Assembly: GCA_050251875.1 (NCBI GenBank)
Contig: JBFWMA010000001.1
Coordinates: forward strand, 337,587 to 401,586
Source of the DNA: Deferribacterales bacterium
Lineage (GTDB): Bacteria > Chrysiogenota > Deferribacteres > Deferribacterales > Geovibrionaceae
Direction: 5' to 3'
DNA length: 64,000 bases
A program made the translations under genes and the position numbers. The notes under the pieces were generated by a model. That model saw only the letters and a list, made by a program, of their open reading frames with translations, did no database searches and had not been told where the DNA came from. Within the stretch, counting starts at the first letter, position 1, and the number at the start of each line of letters is the position of its first letter. Shown one piece after another: positions 50,184 to 61,100 of this stretch.

Positions 50184-50331
50184 ATGCCTGTTTTATTATC
50201 TGATAATATCTTGCACATAGAATACATATTAATTTGACTTGAAATGTTTTGAAATTAGTGTGAAGATAAATTGACTAAGCGATCTTCGCGTATGGAACGA
50301 TTGGGGAATCTTACTATATGCGGAGGCTCTT

Positions 50332-53300
50332 ATGCGTAAGCTTATTCTAGTCGCGTTAATGTTCTTAACGTGTGCCGTGTCTTTTGCCACCAATTCTGTT
50401 TCAGGCGGTCCATCCATCGGTCAGGACGACAGCAGTTCTTCTGCCGATGTCACAAACACTACAGATGTGGATCTTCTTCGAACCATCTATGACGATGACG
50501 GTTATAATGTCTACTTTATCGGTTTACTGTTCGGCGGCACAAGCGGATTGACTCTCACCAACAACGGCACTATTTCAGTGGCGAACGACTACTCCTCTAC
50601 CACAGAAAGTGATGTTGTCAGCGGTTATCTCAGGGGTATTTATGATACTCATGCTGCAGGAACCCTCATCAATAATCGTGTTATCAATGTAAGCAGCGAT
50701 ACCACCGGCTTAACTGTTGGTTATCACAGTGAATCCAATATCTACGGTATTCAGATAGATTCGGGATCTACTTATGCCTCACTTACATCTAATGCAGGTA
50801 TATATGCAGAGGCGTCTATCACCGGAGGGGCGAGCAGCGTTGAGGTTGATGCATTAGATATTTACGGCATATACGCCAACACTCAGATAGCTAACCTTGA
50901 GAACAATTCTGACATCATCGCCGGTTTTACATTCGATTCCACAAACGGTTCAAACTATGACGTCATAGCAGGATCCTCATTTGGAGATCATAAAATAGCC
51001 GGTATTTATTACGCCGGCGGTAGTTATTTTACCAATGGAACTACAGGCAATATATTGGGTTATTTTTCATCCACAGGTGCAACTTTTGGCGGAGACCTGT
51101 ATGTAGACTACCTTTACGGAGTCGATGTAGATGGGACATTAAGTTATTATTTCCAGAATGACGGAGTTATAGGCGCAAGTATTGACCTGGACTCTCCTTC
51201 TTTTACAAGCCTTGGCGAGATAGAATATTATTACATCTATGGCGCATATATGTTTGGTGCGGATTATATAGGCAATACAGGCACAATCTATGCCGATACC
51301 GCTGTGAAAGATGTTGACAATAGTAATCCTGCTTCATCTTTTTATAGTGGCGCTATATATGGTTTGTATGTCGATTCTTCCAGCGCATCTTACATTGAGA
51401 ACAGCGGCAGAATAACTGCGGATGTTTCAATGGAAAACAGCAAATTAGGTTATTTCAAACTCTATGACACGACCGGAGTGTATGTGAATGGAGATGTATA
51501 CAACTCTTTCACAAACCAGACGGGCGGAGTTATTTCTACATCTCTTGATATAGACGGCCTATCTCTGACCAGTAACGACGGTTACGGTGTCGCGCTTGAA
51601 GCAAAGCGTTTGTACGGCACATATGTTGAAAACTCAGCCGTTACGTTTACGAACGATGGAACCATATCCACCTCAGCAAACCTGTCAGGTGTGGAATCCA
51701 GTGATATTATTAAACTGTCATATATCTACGGTGTTTATGTGGGTGATTCGGTGACCACCTTTGCCAACAATGGCAATATCAGTGCTTCTGTAAATGTCAC
51801 CGACAGTCTTGCTGCTGGCATAAGTATAGACCAATTGTACGGCGCAGCCTATTACGGCGGCAACAGCTTTGATAACAACGGAAGCATAAGCGTTTCATTC
51901 TCAGCCACAGGCAGCTATAGTTACCCCCATTTTATTTCATATGTATACGCTTTGTATCCTTCCGGGGTTACTGATGTTACTAACGACGGAACACTGTCTG
52001 CTACTGTTTCCTCTGAATCTGAGGCGTCATATATTAATGTCGGCGCTGTATATTTGCGTGGTTCTGATACTTTCACCAACAACGGCGATATCAGCCTGAC
52101 AGTCAACGGAGCTTCAGGGTCAACAACCACATACGTTGCGGCTATGCGTGTAGATAGCTCAGCTATCACTATCAACAACCCGGGCGAAGTCTACATCGAA
52201 AGCAACCTTTCAGATTCAAGCATCAGAACTCTCTATATAGAATATTCTGATGCAACCTTCGGCGATTATTTCACCATAGCGGCTGGTGGTTTTACAGGTT
52301 CAGAAAACGTGGGAGCTATATATGTAGATAACAATTCAACCCTGCACCTGAATGATTCAATCCTCGGCGTTACAATGAACAGCCACCTCGCTCTGGACAC
52401 TGCATATAAAGTGATAGAGAATGACGGCGGTACTGTGGACGGCACATTCAGCGGTCTGAGACCCTTTACAAACGCAGACTACACTCTGGCATGGGCAACC
52501 AGCGAGAGGGGCGAAGACGCGGAGGTAACCATCAGCTATGATCCCAAAGAATCAGCACCCGCACATACTGTGGCAAGCGTTGCGGGAGCTATGGGCGTTG
52601 TGTCTAACCTGTTTTCCGGCAGAGTGCTTTCCGGCAGTTTCTTCTCCGGCGGAGGCGCAGGAGGCGGAGCAGGCGGAGGTTTCGGCGGATTCTCAGGTTT
52701 CTCAGGCGATGTTTCATACCTCGGCGGTTCAGACATCCTTCTGGCTGACTCCGGCGAGATAGCCACAGACGCAGGACTGTCCTATGTCCCCGCTAAAAAG
52801 AAATCATCCGTATTCGCTTTCCCCTTCTACTCAAAACAGTCAGGTGACGGATACGACTCAAAAACATCCGGTATGGGTGTTGGCTTTGCGCGCAGGTTTA
52901 TGGACGGCGTGACAGGCACAGCCTATCTCGGCAGGATGTCTACCGATACAGATTACGATTCAGTGTCTATGGATAAAACAGAGTCAGACTCCACCTTCCT
53001 CGGTGCTGCTCTTAACTATGATAAAGGCATTTACGCCAGCGCATCTCTGATAGGCTTCATGACAGACAACAACTATGAAGGCTATAACGGTGCGGACAAC
53101 GAGTACTCAGAGTCAGCAGATTACTCATCAAAAGGTATGCAGATGGAACTGACAGGCGGTTACAGCTTTAAGATAGCTCAGGGTGTGAGATTAGTACCCT
53201 TCGGCGGTCTGTCTCTCAGCTACTACGATATGGATGCCTATAACACAGACGTTGCGGGCACAGCCAACGATGCTTATAACACTTACTACGATTCATACTC

Positions 53301-53619
53301 AGACTGGGATACCAGCCTTATAGCAGGTGTATCAGCCGAGAAGAATATTAAGCTCGGAAGCGGAGCGCTTAAAGTGTTTGGTCAGTACAGATATGACATA
53401 GCTATAGGCAACAACGACATAGTTATCAATCAGTCAGTCCCCGGTCTTAACACAGGCGACCTGAGTGTTGAGCAGTCCGTGGACAACGGCACCCATAAGC
53501 TGGGTCTGGGCACCGAGTTCAGCAAAGTTAACTGGTATACATCAGCATACGGCGAATACTCAGCCAACGCAGACTACGACTCCATGAGTTTCAAACTCAC
53601 CGCCGGATATAAATTCTAA
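50332..53619 (+). CDS. Autotransporter/adhesin 2
   Basis: Same leader and barrel as copy 1, with a shorter and divergent passenger. Confidence 0.88.
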   Translation: MRKLILVALMFLTCAVSFATNSVSGGPSIGQDDSSSSADVTNTTDVDLLRTIYDDDGYNVYFIGLLFGGTSGLTLTNNGTISVANDYSSTTESDVVSGYLRGIYDTHAAGTLINNRVINVSSDTTGLTVGYHSESNIYGIQIDSGSTYASLTSNAGIYAEASITGGASSVEVDALDIYGIYANTQIANLENNSDIIAGFTFDSTNGSNYDVIAGSSFGDHKIAGIYYAGGSYFTNGTTGNILGYFSSTGATFGGDLYVDYLYGVDVDGTLSYYFQNDGVIGASIDLDSPSFTSLGEIEYYYIYGAYMFGADYIGNTGTIYADTAVKDVDNSNPASSFYSGAIYGLYVDSSSASYIENSGRITADVSMENSKLGYFKLYDTTGVYVNGDVYNSFTNQTGGVISTSLDIDGLSLTSNDGYGVALEAKRLYGTYVENSAVTFTNDGTISTSANLSGVESSDIIKLSYIYGVYVGDSVTTFANNGNISASVNVTDSLAAGISIDQLYGAAYYGGNSFDNNGSISVSFSATGSYSYPHFISYVYALYPSGVTDVTNDGTLSATVSSESEASYINVGAVYLRGSDTFTNNGDISLTVNGASGSTTTYVAAMRVDSSAITINNPGEVYIESNLSDSSIRTLYIEYSDATFGDYFTIAAGGFTGSENVGAIYVDNNSTLHLNDSILGVTMNSHLALDTAYKVIENDGGTVDGTFSGLRPFTNADYTLAWATSERGEDAEVTISYDPKESAPAHTVASVAGAMGVVSNLFSGRVLSGSFFSGGGAGGGAGGGFGGFSGFSGDVSYLGGSDILLADSGEIATDAGLSYVPAKKKSSVFAFPFYSKQSGDGYDSKTSGMGVGFARRFMDGVTGTAYLGRMSTDTDYDSVSMDKTESDSTFLGAALNYDKGIYASASLIGFMTDNNYEGYNGADNEYSESADYSSKGMQMELTGGYSFKIAQGVRLVPFGGLSLSYYDMDAYNTDVAGTANDAYNTYYDSYSDWDTSLIAGVSAEKNIKLGSGALKVFGQYRYDIAIGNNDIVINQSVPGLNTGDLSVEQSVDNGTHKLGLGTEFSKVNWYTSAYGEYSANADYDSMSFKLTAGYKF

Positions 53620-53629
53620 ACATCCTCAC

Positions 53630-53659
53630 AGCCCCGGGTTACACCGGGGCTTTTTTTTT
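53630..53659 (+). terminator. Intrinsic terminator
   Basis: agccccgg-gttaca-ccggggct followed by a T run. Confidence 0.9.
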
Positions 53660-53720
53660 GTTTTATGTTTACTTTCTTAATGCTCTTATTCATATCTTTA
53701 CCGTTTACAAAACCTGCGTT

Positions 53721-53748
53721 TACGTTATATATATAGAGGAATAACGAT
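53721..53748. promoter_or_regulatory. ModE-like operator
   Basis: TACGTTATATA-N6-GGAATAACGAT versus consensus ATCGNTATATA-N6-TATATANCGAT. Confidence 0.6.
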
Positions 53749-53809
53749 ACGTAAAAACCTTTTGGTATCTGTGATTTACGGTTAGAATAACGCAAAGAGG
53801 CTTGAGAGT

Positions 53810-54865
53810 ATGTTCAGAACAGTATATGGGAAAAAGGAAAGCAATAACGGTCTTTCGTTGGGGGCGTTATTACTCATCCTTTTCGTCCTGCTTTTGGCGG
53901 CATTGTTCTTTTCCATTGTGATCGGCAGGTATGGGATTTCCATGCGAAACCTCACCGCCACCTTCTTTCCGTGGCTTCTGGACGTGAATGACGGACAGGA
54001 CGCCGCCATGCTCCACACCGTTGTTTTCAGCGTACGCATGCCCAGACTTCTCGCCGCCGTGATAATAGGCGGAGCTCTGTCCATGTCCGGAGCGGCATAT
54101 CAGGGCATATTCCGCAACCCGATGGTTTCGCCGGATATACTCGGCGCTGCCGCCGGAGCCGGATTCGGCGCCGCTGTGGGAATACTGCTCTCTTTTAACT
54201 ATTTCTGGATACAGATTTTGTCATTCGTTTTCGGTCTGGTGGCGGTGGGTGTCACATATTTCATCAGCCTGCGTTTCGGGCGCAGCAGCAACCCCACTCT
54301 GGTTCTGGTGCTTACCGGGATAGTGGTCGGCACTCTGTTCACCTCTTTCATCTCTCTTACAAAATATGTGGCGGATCCATACAGCAAGCTCCCCGCTATC
54401 ACCTTCTGGCTGATGGGCAGTCTGTCGTCCGTGGCGATGAGCGATGTCGCCATGCTGATATTTCCTGTCGTGCTGGCGGGAATTCCTCTGATGATGCTCC
54501 GGTGGCGGCTGAACGTTCTGTCTTTCGGCGATGAGGAGGCGAGGGCGCTGGGGGTGGATACCTCCAGACTTCGGCTGATAATCATAATTTGCGCCACCAT
54601 GATGACGGCTTCATCCGTGTCTATCAGCGGTCTGGTGGGCTGGGTCGGGCTGGTTATCCCGCATCTGGTGCGGATGATAACAGGACCGGATCACAAGGCT
54701 GTTCTGCCTGTGTCTGTTCTGATAGGCGGGCTGTACCTGCTGATAGTGGATAATTTCGCCAGAAATGCCTTTGCTATGGAGATACCTCTTGGTGTGCTGA
54801 CATCGATAATCGGCGCGCCTTTTTTTATATATCTGATGATGTACGGCAAGAAGAGCTGGAGCTGA
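53810..54865 (+). CDS. FecCD/BtuC-type ABC permease
   Basis: RMPRLL, QGIFRNPMVSPDILG, GDEEARALGV, GWVGLVIPH. Confidence 0.95.
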   Translation: MFRTVYGKKESNNGLSLGALLLILFVLLLAALFFSIVIGRYGISMRNLTATFFPWLLDVNDGQDAAMLHTVVFSVRMPRLLAAVIIGGALSMSGAAYQGIFRNPMVSPDILGAAAGAGFGAAVGILLSFNYFWIQILSFVFGLVAVGVTYFISLRFGRSSNPTLVLVLTGIVVGTLFTSFISLTKYVADPYSKLPAITFWLMGSLSSVAMSDVAMLIFPVVLAGIPLMMLRWRLNVLSFGDEEARALGVDTSRLRLIIIICATMMTASSVSISGLVGWVGLVIPHLVRMITGPDHKAVLPVSVLIGGLYLLIVDNFARNAFAMEIPLGVLTSIIGAPFFIYLMMYGKKSWS

Positions 54866-54866
54866 C

Positions 54867-56774
54867 ATGGAAAACGTGCTGGAGATAAGAGATCTGACCT
54901 GCGGGTACAAATCCCGGGACGTGGTGAAGAATATATCGCTGAGCGTGAAGGCTGGCGAGATACTCTGTATTCTGGGACCCAACGGCGTAGGAAAAACTAC
55001 CTTTTTCAAGGCGATGATGGGGTTCATAGGCATCAGGGCAGGCGAGATTCTGTTGAAGGGCAGAAACATCCGCCATATGAGCTTCACAGACATAGCAAAC
55101 ACTGTGGGCTATGTTCCGCAGTCGCACACTCCGCCGTTTCCTTTTTCCGTGATAGATGTCGTGACGATGGGGCGCACATCCCGCATCAGTCCGTTCGCCT
55201 CTCCCTCCGCTTCAGATATAGAGATAGCGGAAAACGCTCTGGATTCACTAGGCATATCGCATCTCAGGGACAAAGTATATACCGAGATCAGCGGCGGAGA
55301 GCGCCAGCTGGTGCTTATCTCCCGTGCCATAGCGCAGGAACCGGAGATGCTGGTGATGGACGAACCGACATCCAATCTGGATTTCGGCAACCAGATACGG
55401 GTTCTGGACAGCATCAACAGGCTGTCTTCCAAAGGGCTGGGAATAGTCATGACTACCCATTTTCCCAACCACGCATTCCTCTCAGGCAACAGAGTGGCTC
55501 TGATGAAGCACGGCGAGATAATAGACGAGGGCAGTCCGGATGACGTGATTAACGAGTCGAGCATGCGCCGTGTGTACGGCATAGACGTGAAGATGATGAA
55601 CGTGGACGAAAAAGGCGTGAAAACCTGCGTCCCGCTCTTGAAAGATAATAATGAACAGGGGGAAGAATTGAAAAAAATACCCTTCATGAAACTTAAAGAC
55701 ATAACAAAAAAACGTGAAAAAGAGGAGAGCATGACCGAAATGAAGCCTCTGATGATGCCCGAGACACGTCTGGTGACGGATATGGCGGGCAGGAAAGTTC
55801 TGGTGAAATCCCAGATCAACAGCGTCTTCGGGTACAACCCGATGGTGACTGCCGTCACATTCTGTCTGGCTCCGGAGAAGATAGCCGGGCTGAACATGCC
55901 CCCCATGCCGCCGGAAAGGATGATGGCGGACGAACAGTATCTTAATCTGCCTGTGCTGGGAATCATGGGCGAGCTGTTCGGCGGCGGAGTGCATACTTTC
56001 AATCCGGATGCGGTGAAAAAAGCCAAGCCGGACGTGATTATCTCCCTGTCGCTGTCCAAGGTGGACGAGATAGAGGTGCAGACCGCTGAAAAATTTCAGG
56101 CGGAGCTGAATATCCCCGTTCTGATATATGACGGCGCTCTGGACAGATCGGGGGACGTTATCAGGCGCATAGGCGATCTGCTGGGCGTGAGCAAAAGGGC
56201 GGAGGAACTGGCGTCTTATTTCGATGAAAAATACGACAGGATAAAGAGCAAGCTGGCGAAAATATCCGCTAAAGACAGAAAAACCGTCTATTACGCTCAA
56301 TCGCCCACAGGGCTTCTCACCGAGCCGAGGGGCGCCAGACACGGAGAAGTGATAGATTTCGCCGGAGGCGTGAACGCCGCCGAGGTTTTTGAACAGAGGG
56401 GATGCGGAAAAACAAAAGTCAGCGCTGACGATCTGCTCCGCTGGAACCCTGACGTAATCATAATAATGTCTGACGAGATGAAGTCGAAGGACAGGCTGAT
56501 TAACCGCATGCCTTCCGATCCTTTCTGGTCCTGTATCAAAGCGGTGAAGAAGGGTCATATTTATGAACCCCCCGGCGGAATGTACGGATGGTTCGACCGT
56601 CCGCCGTCAGTCAACAGAATCATCGGTCTCATCTGGATGACCCATGTGCTGTACCCGGACACATTCAAGTGGGACATGGTGAGCGAGACCAGAGAGTTTT
56701 ATAAACTTTTTTACCGTATCAGTTTGAGTGAAAAACAGGCGGAGACCATGCTTGGTCCCGTGCTGAAAAAATAG
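54867..56774 (+). CDS. ABC ATPase fused in frame to a class III substrate-binding domain
   Basis: GPNGVGKT, ISGGERQ, MDEPT in the first ~260 aa, then VTDMAGRKV...WFDRPPSVNR; internal RBS and ATG at 55731. Confidence 0.85.
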   Translation: MENVLEIRDLTCGYKSRDVVKNISLSVKAGEILCILGPNGVGKTTFFKAMMGFIGIRAGEILLKGRNIRHMSFTDIANTVGYVPQSHTPPFPFSVIDVVTMGRTSRISPFASPSASDIEIAENALDSLGISHLRDKVYTEISGGERQLVLISRAIAQEPEMLVMDEPTSNLDFGNQIRVLDSINRLSSKGLGIVMTTHFPNHAFLSGNRVALMKHGEIIDEGSPDDVINESSMRRVYGIDVKMMNVDEKGVKTCVPLLKDNNEQGEELKKIPFMKLKDITKKREKEESMTEMKPLMMPETRLVTDMAGRKVLVKSQINSVFGYNPMVTAVTFCLAPEKIAGLNMPPMPPERMMADEQYLNLPVLGIMGELFGGGVHTFNPDAVKKAKPDVIISLSLSKVDEIEVQTAEKFQAELNIPVLIYDGALDRSGDVIRRIGDLLGVSKRAEELASYFDEKYDRIKSKLAKISAKDRKTVYYAQSPTGLLTEPRGARHGEVIDFAGGVNAAEVFEQRGCGKTKVSADDLLRWNPDVIIIMSDEMKSKDRLINRMPSDPFWSCIKAVKKGHIYEPPGGMYGWFDRPPSVNRIIGLIWMTHVLYPDTFKWDMVSETREFYKLFYRISLSEKQAETMLGPVLKK

Positions 56775-56784
56775 GAGGAATAAT

Positions 56785-57852
56785 ATGAATATTGTGAAAA
56801 CTTTCAGACTTGTTGTTCTGATGATGTTTCTCTGCGTGTCTGCCTTTGCCGCCGACACATTTAAGTTCACCGATATGGCGGGCAGAACTGTTGACATCCC
56901 TGCTAAGGTGACAAAGGTTTTTTCCACCAACCCCATCGGTACTCTGTATGTATACGCCATCGCTCCCGATAAGCTGGCAGGCGTTAACTGGCCCGTGACC
57001 CCCATGGAAAAGAAATACACATCCGAAGCCTATCAGAAACTGCCCAACCTTGGCGGAAACTTCGGCGGGAAGATGGTTACTTTCAACTTTGAGGAGATAC
57101 TTAAGGTTCATCCGGATTTCATCATAGCTGTCGCCGACATAAATAATTTTGTCGTGGACGGCGTGGACAAACTTCAGGCTAAGCTGAATATCCCCATAAT
57201 ACTGCTGGACGGTGATATCAACAAAACATCCGAAGTCATCAGCATCATAGGAAAACTGACACAGTCAGAAAAAAAAGCCAAAGTTCTGACAACCTATGTG
57301 GACAAAGCTATGGGTGACGTAAAAGCCGCTCTGGCTAAAGTGCCCGCTGATAAGAAAGTCAGGGTATATTACGCTGAGGGCGCAAAAGGGCTGGAGACCG
57401 ACCCCAAAGGAAGCAGACACTCAGAGGTGATAGACATCGCCGGCGGTGTTAACGTGGCAAACGTTCAGGAGCAGGCCGGATACGGACGCACCCCCGTCTC
57501 TATGGAACAGGTGCTCAGCTGGAACGCAGACGTGATAATAGTATGTTCTGATCAGGGATTTTCCACAGACAGATTCTACACAACTATATTCACAGACGCC
57601 CTCTGGTCCGGGCTGAAAGCTGTTAAGGCGAAAAACGTTTATGAGACTCCCTTCGCTCCTTTCAACTGGATGGACAGACCCCCTTCAATCAACAGGATAA
57701 TGGGTGTCATCTGGATGACAAACCTGCTGTATCCCGAATATTATAAAGTGGATATCAAAGCGAAAACAAAAGAGTTCTATAATCTGTTCTACAACCGCAA
57801 GCTGACAGACGCCGAAGTGAACGAGATTATGGCTACATCCGTAAGAAAATAA
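56785..57852 (+). CDS. Periplasmic class III (TroA/Fe-B12-like) substrate-binding protein
   Basis: Signal peptide ending SAFA; FTDMAGRTV, AGGVNVA, PFNWMDRPPSINR. Confidence 0.93.
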   Translation: MNIVKTFRLVVLMMFLCVSAFAADTFKFTDMAGRTVDIPAKVTKVFSTNPIGTLYVYAIAPDKLAGVNWPVTPMEKKYTSEAYQKLPNLGGNFGGKMVTFNFEEILKVHPDFIIAVADINNFVVDGVDKLQAKLNIPIILLDGDINKTSEVISIIGKLTQSEKKAKVLTTYVDKAMGDVKAALAKVPADKKVRVYYAEGAKGLETDPKGSRHSEVIDIAGGVNVANVQEQAGYGRTPVSMEQVLSWNADVIIVCSDQGFSTDRFYTTIFTDALWSGLKAVKAKNVYETPFAPFNWMDRPPSINRIMGVIWMTNLLYPEYYKVDIKAKTKEFYNLFYNRKLTDAEVNEIMATSVRK

Positions 57853-57884
57853 TTTTTTCCAAAAAAAATAAATAATATTTTTGT

Positions 57885-57919
57885 GAAATATCACCGCCGT
57901 TCAAAAGCGGTGATATTTC
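57885..57919 (+). terminator. Hairpin/terminator after the ABC operon
   Basis: gaaatatcaccgc-cgttcaaaa-gcggtgatatttc. Confidence 0.7.
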
Positions 57920-58125
57920 TGTTTATAGTCCTCATGTCCTTATCTAATAAGTATTTATCCTGCTCCATTCTGATGGTTTTGTCGATAATTAAAGACGTCA
58001 ATCAATATTTTCCGAAAAAAATTATAAAATAATCATTATTTTTTTTGGAGATTGTACCGAGGTACGATGTTTACATTTTCCGAAGGCGGTATAGTTGAAT
58101 ATGATTTGTTTTTTGGAGGTATACT

Positions 58126-61100
58126 ATGTCTGCTATAGGAATAGTAAAATCGATTGAAGGATCCGCAACGGTACATACCGCGGACGGCCTTGTCAAGGCC
58201 TTAATGGTGGGAGATTCCATTAATCTCGGCGACTATATTGAAACGTCTGCCGGATCTAATGTAGTTGTCGCTCTTAACAACGGCAAAGAAATAAATGTCG
58301 GACCCGCTTCTGAAGTGGTGTTCGATGAATCAGTTATGGCTCCTCTCGCTGATGCGGACTCTGTTGACGCTGACAGCATGCAGCAGGCTCTGGAAAAAGG
58401 CGAAGGGCTCGACCAGCAGGACGAAGAAACCGCGGCTGGTGAGGAGACAGCGGGAGTCCTCAATCTTTCTGACTATGACCTCGGTGATACATCAGAAGGA
58501 TTCGTGGGCAGCTATCTTCTGGGAACACAGGGCGAAGGCGTAGAAACACCCGAAGGCGGAGCAAGAGACGGCAACACTGATCCCGTTGCTCTTGACGACA
58601 CAGTTGTCCTTGCGGAAGACGGAACCATCGTCATCGATGTTCTGGCTAACGACACAGACGCTGACAACGATGACCTCACGATCATCTCCTTCACACAGCC
58701 CTCTAACGGTACTCTGGTACTGAACGACAACGGCACATTCACATACACCCCCTTCGGCGACTACAACGGTCCAGACAGCTTCACCTATACAATATCTGAC
58801 GGCAACGGCGGAACATCCACAGCCACAGTGAACATCACCGTGACACCTGTGAACGATGCCCCCATCGCCACAGACAACACAGGCGAAGCCACAGAATCCG
58901 GATGGGAAGAAGCCGGCGCTAACGCTATGGGCAATGTTATCACTGACGATAACGGCGCAGGCGTTGACTCCGACATAGACAACCCCGTTTCAGACCTCTT
59001 CGTGGCAAGCGTTGACGGCACAGCCATCAGCGGCGAAACAGCCATTGCGGGTCTTTACGGAACACTTTACATCAGCGCAGACGGTTCATACCGTTATGAA
59101 ATCGACAATGACAATCCCGATGTTCAGGCACTTAATTTTGAAGACAGACTGTCTGAATCATTCGAATACACCCTGTCTGACGGCGACCTGACAGACACAG
59201 CCAACCTGACTATCAACATCAACGGCACAAACGATGCTCCCGTGGCATACGGTGAGACCAATGAGGTTACACTGGTAGAGCAGGGCGACATCGTTTATAA
59301 CGAAGACGGTACAGCCACAGAGTCTTACACCGAATACAGCGACACTGTAAGCGGCAACGTGCTCGACAACGATACCGATATCGACAACGTTGATAAATCA
59401 GACTCATCATATGACGGCACAAACCTTGAGCTTTCCGTTGCCAGCCTCGCTTTCAACGGAACAGACGCCGAATATGACGAAACTTCAGATTCTTTCACAG
59501 TTGAAGGCAAATACGGTTTCCTGACTATCAATGCAGATGGTTCATACACCTATACGCTGAACAACGAAGATCCTGATACACAGGCTCTGAAAGACGGCGA
59601 ATCAGCCAAAGAAGAATTCACATACACAGTAGAGGATGTTTACGGCGCTCCCAGCGAGGCAGCGACACTCACCATCAACATTCAGGGAACAAACGACATT
59701 CCTTATGTTTACGGCGACAACTCCGCTACTATCCAGGAAGATGTGAACGCTCAGACTATCAACACTCACATCGGTCCTTTCCCCTATTCATACGAAGTTC
59801 TGACTGCCACAGGCAACCTGGATATTCAGGATGTGGACGCCGGTGAAGATTTCTTCACTCCTTCATCTCAGAACGGACAGTACGGCAAATTCACCATGGA
59901 TTCAGACGGCAACTGGACATACACAGTTCTGAACGATGATAATATCACAGGTCTGAACCCGGTTCAGAGACTTGGCGCCGGCGAATCCATTACAGAAACA
60001 TTCACTGTATACTCACAGGACGGATCACAGTCTGAGGTTGTAACTGTTACAATCCTCGGAACAAACGATGCTCCTCAGGTTACAGGTTCTTCAGAACATG
60101 CCTATGTTAAAGAAGACTATCATGTTAATGACGGAACACTCAGCGATGACGGTTCTTTCGCTTTCACAGATGTAGACACACACGATGTCCACACTGTGAC
60201 TGTTACGGCTGTTGACGCTCAGGGCAATCCTCTTGCCGAAGGCGAAAGCAACCTCGGAACACTGACAGCGTCTGTTGTGAACGACACAACTAACGACACT
60301 CTTCCCGTGGGTCTTGTTGACTGGGATTACGATGTTGACAACAGCCTTTACGCCATCCAGTCTCTGGCTGTGGGCGAAACAATTAAAGAATACTATGCTG
60401 TAGAAGTATCTGACGGAAACGGCGGATCAACTACCAAAATAGTTGAAGTAACCATCGTTGGTACAAACGACAAACCCGTTATCTACTCCAGCGATTCCGA
60501 CACCACAGGCGGCGTGACAGAAGACACAGCGGTAAGCCACGGCAAGCTGACTACCACCGGCGACCTGTACTTCGGCGACATAGACGCCAGCGACACACAC
60601 ACAGCGTCTGTTGTATCCGGCAACTATCCTCTGCAGAACCTCGGTTCTCTCTCCGTAAGCGTTGACAACGCCACAGACACTATTTCATGGAAATACACTG
60701 TGAATAACTCTTATACTCAGTCTCTTGCTGAAGGTCAGACAAAAGACGAAACATTTGTTGTAAGAGTAAGTGACGGTCACGGCGGTTTCGCTGATCAGAC
60801 TGTAACTGTTACAATCACAGGTACAAACGACAAACCTGAAGTGTCCAGCAGCAAATCTTACGGATCAGTTCAGGAAGATTCACATGTTCATCAGGGTGCA
60901 CTGGATGACAGCGGTTCATTCAGCTTCTCCGATGTAGACTCCATAGACACTCACACAGTATCTGTAGTAGCTGTGGACAGATTCGGCAATCCTCTCACCT
61001 CTGGAAGCAACCTCGGAACACTTACAGCGGAAGTGGATGATGATTCTACCAACGATCTCCTCCACAGAGGCGAAATCGACTGGGATTACACTGTGAACAA

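Larger units (their letters stand above)
48590..53658. repeat. ~1.6 kb near-identical direct repeat (about 48590-50183 and 52065-53658, offset 3474)
   Basis: 3' thirds of the two autotransporter genes plus their terminators align with scattered, mostly synonymous differences. Confidence 0.92.
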
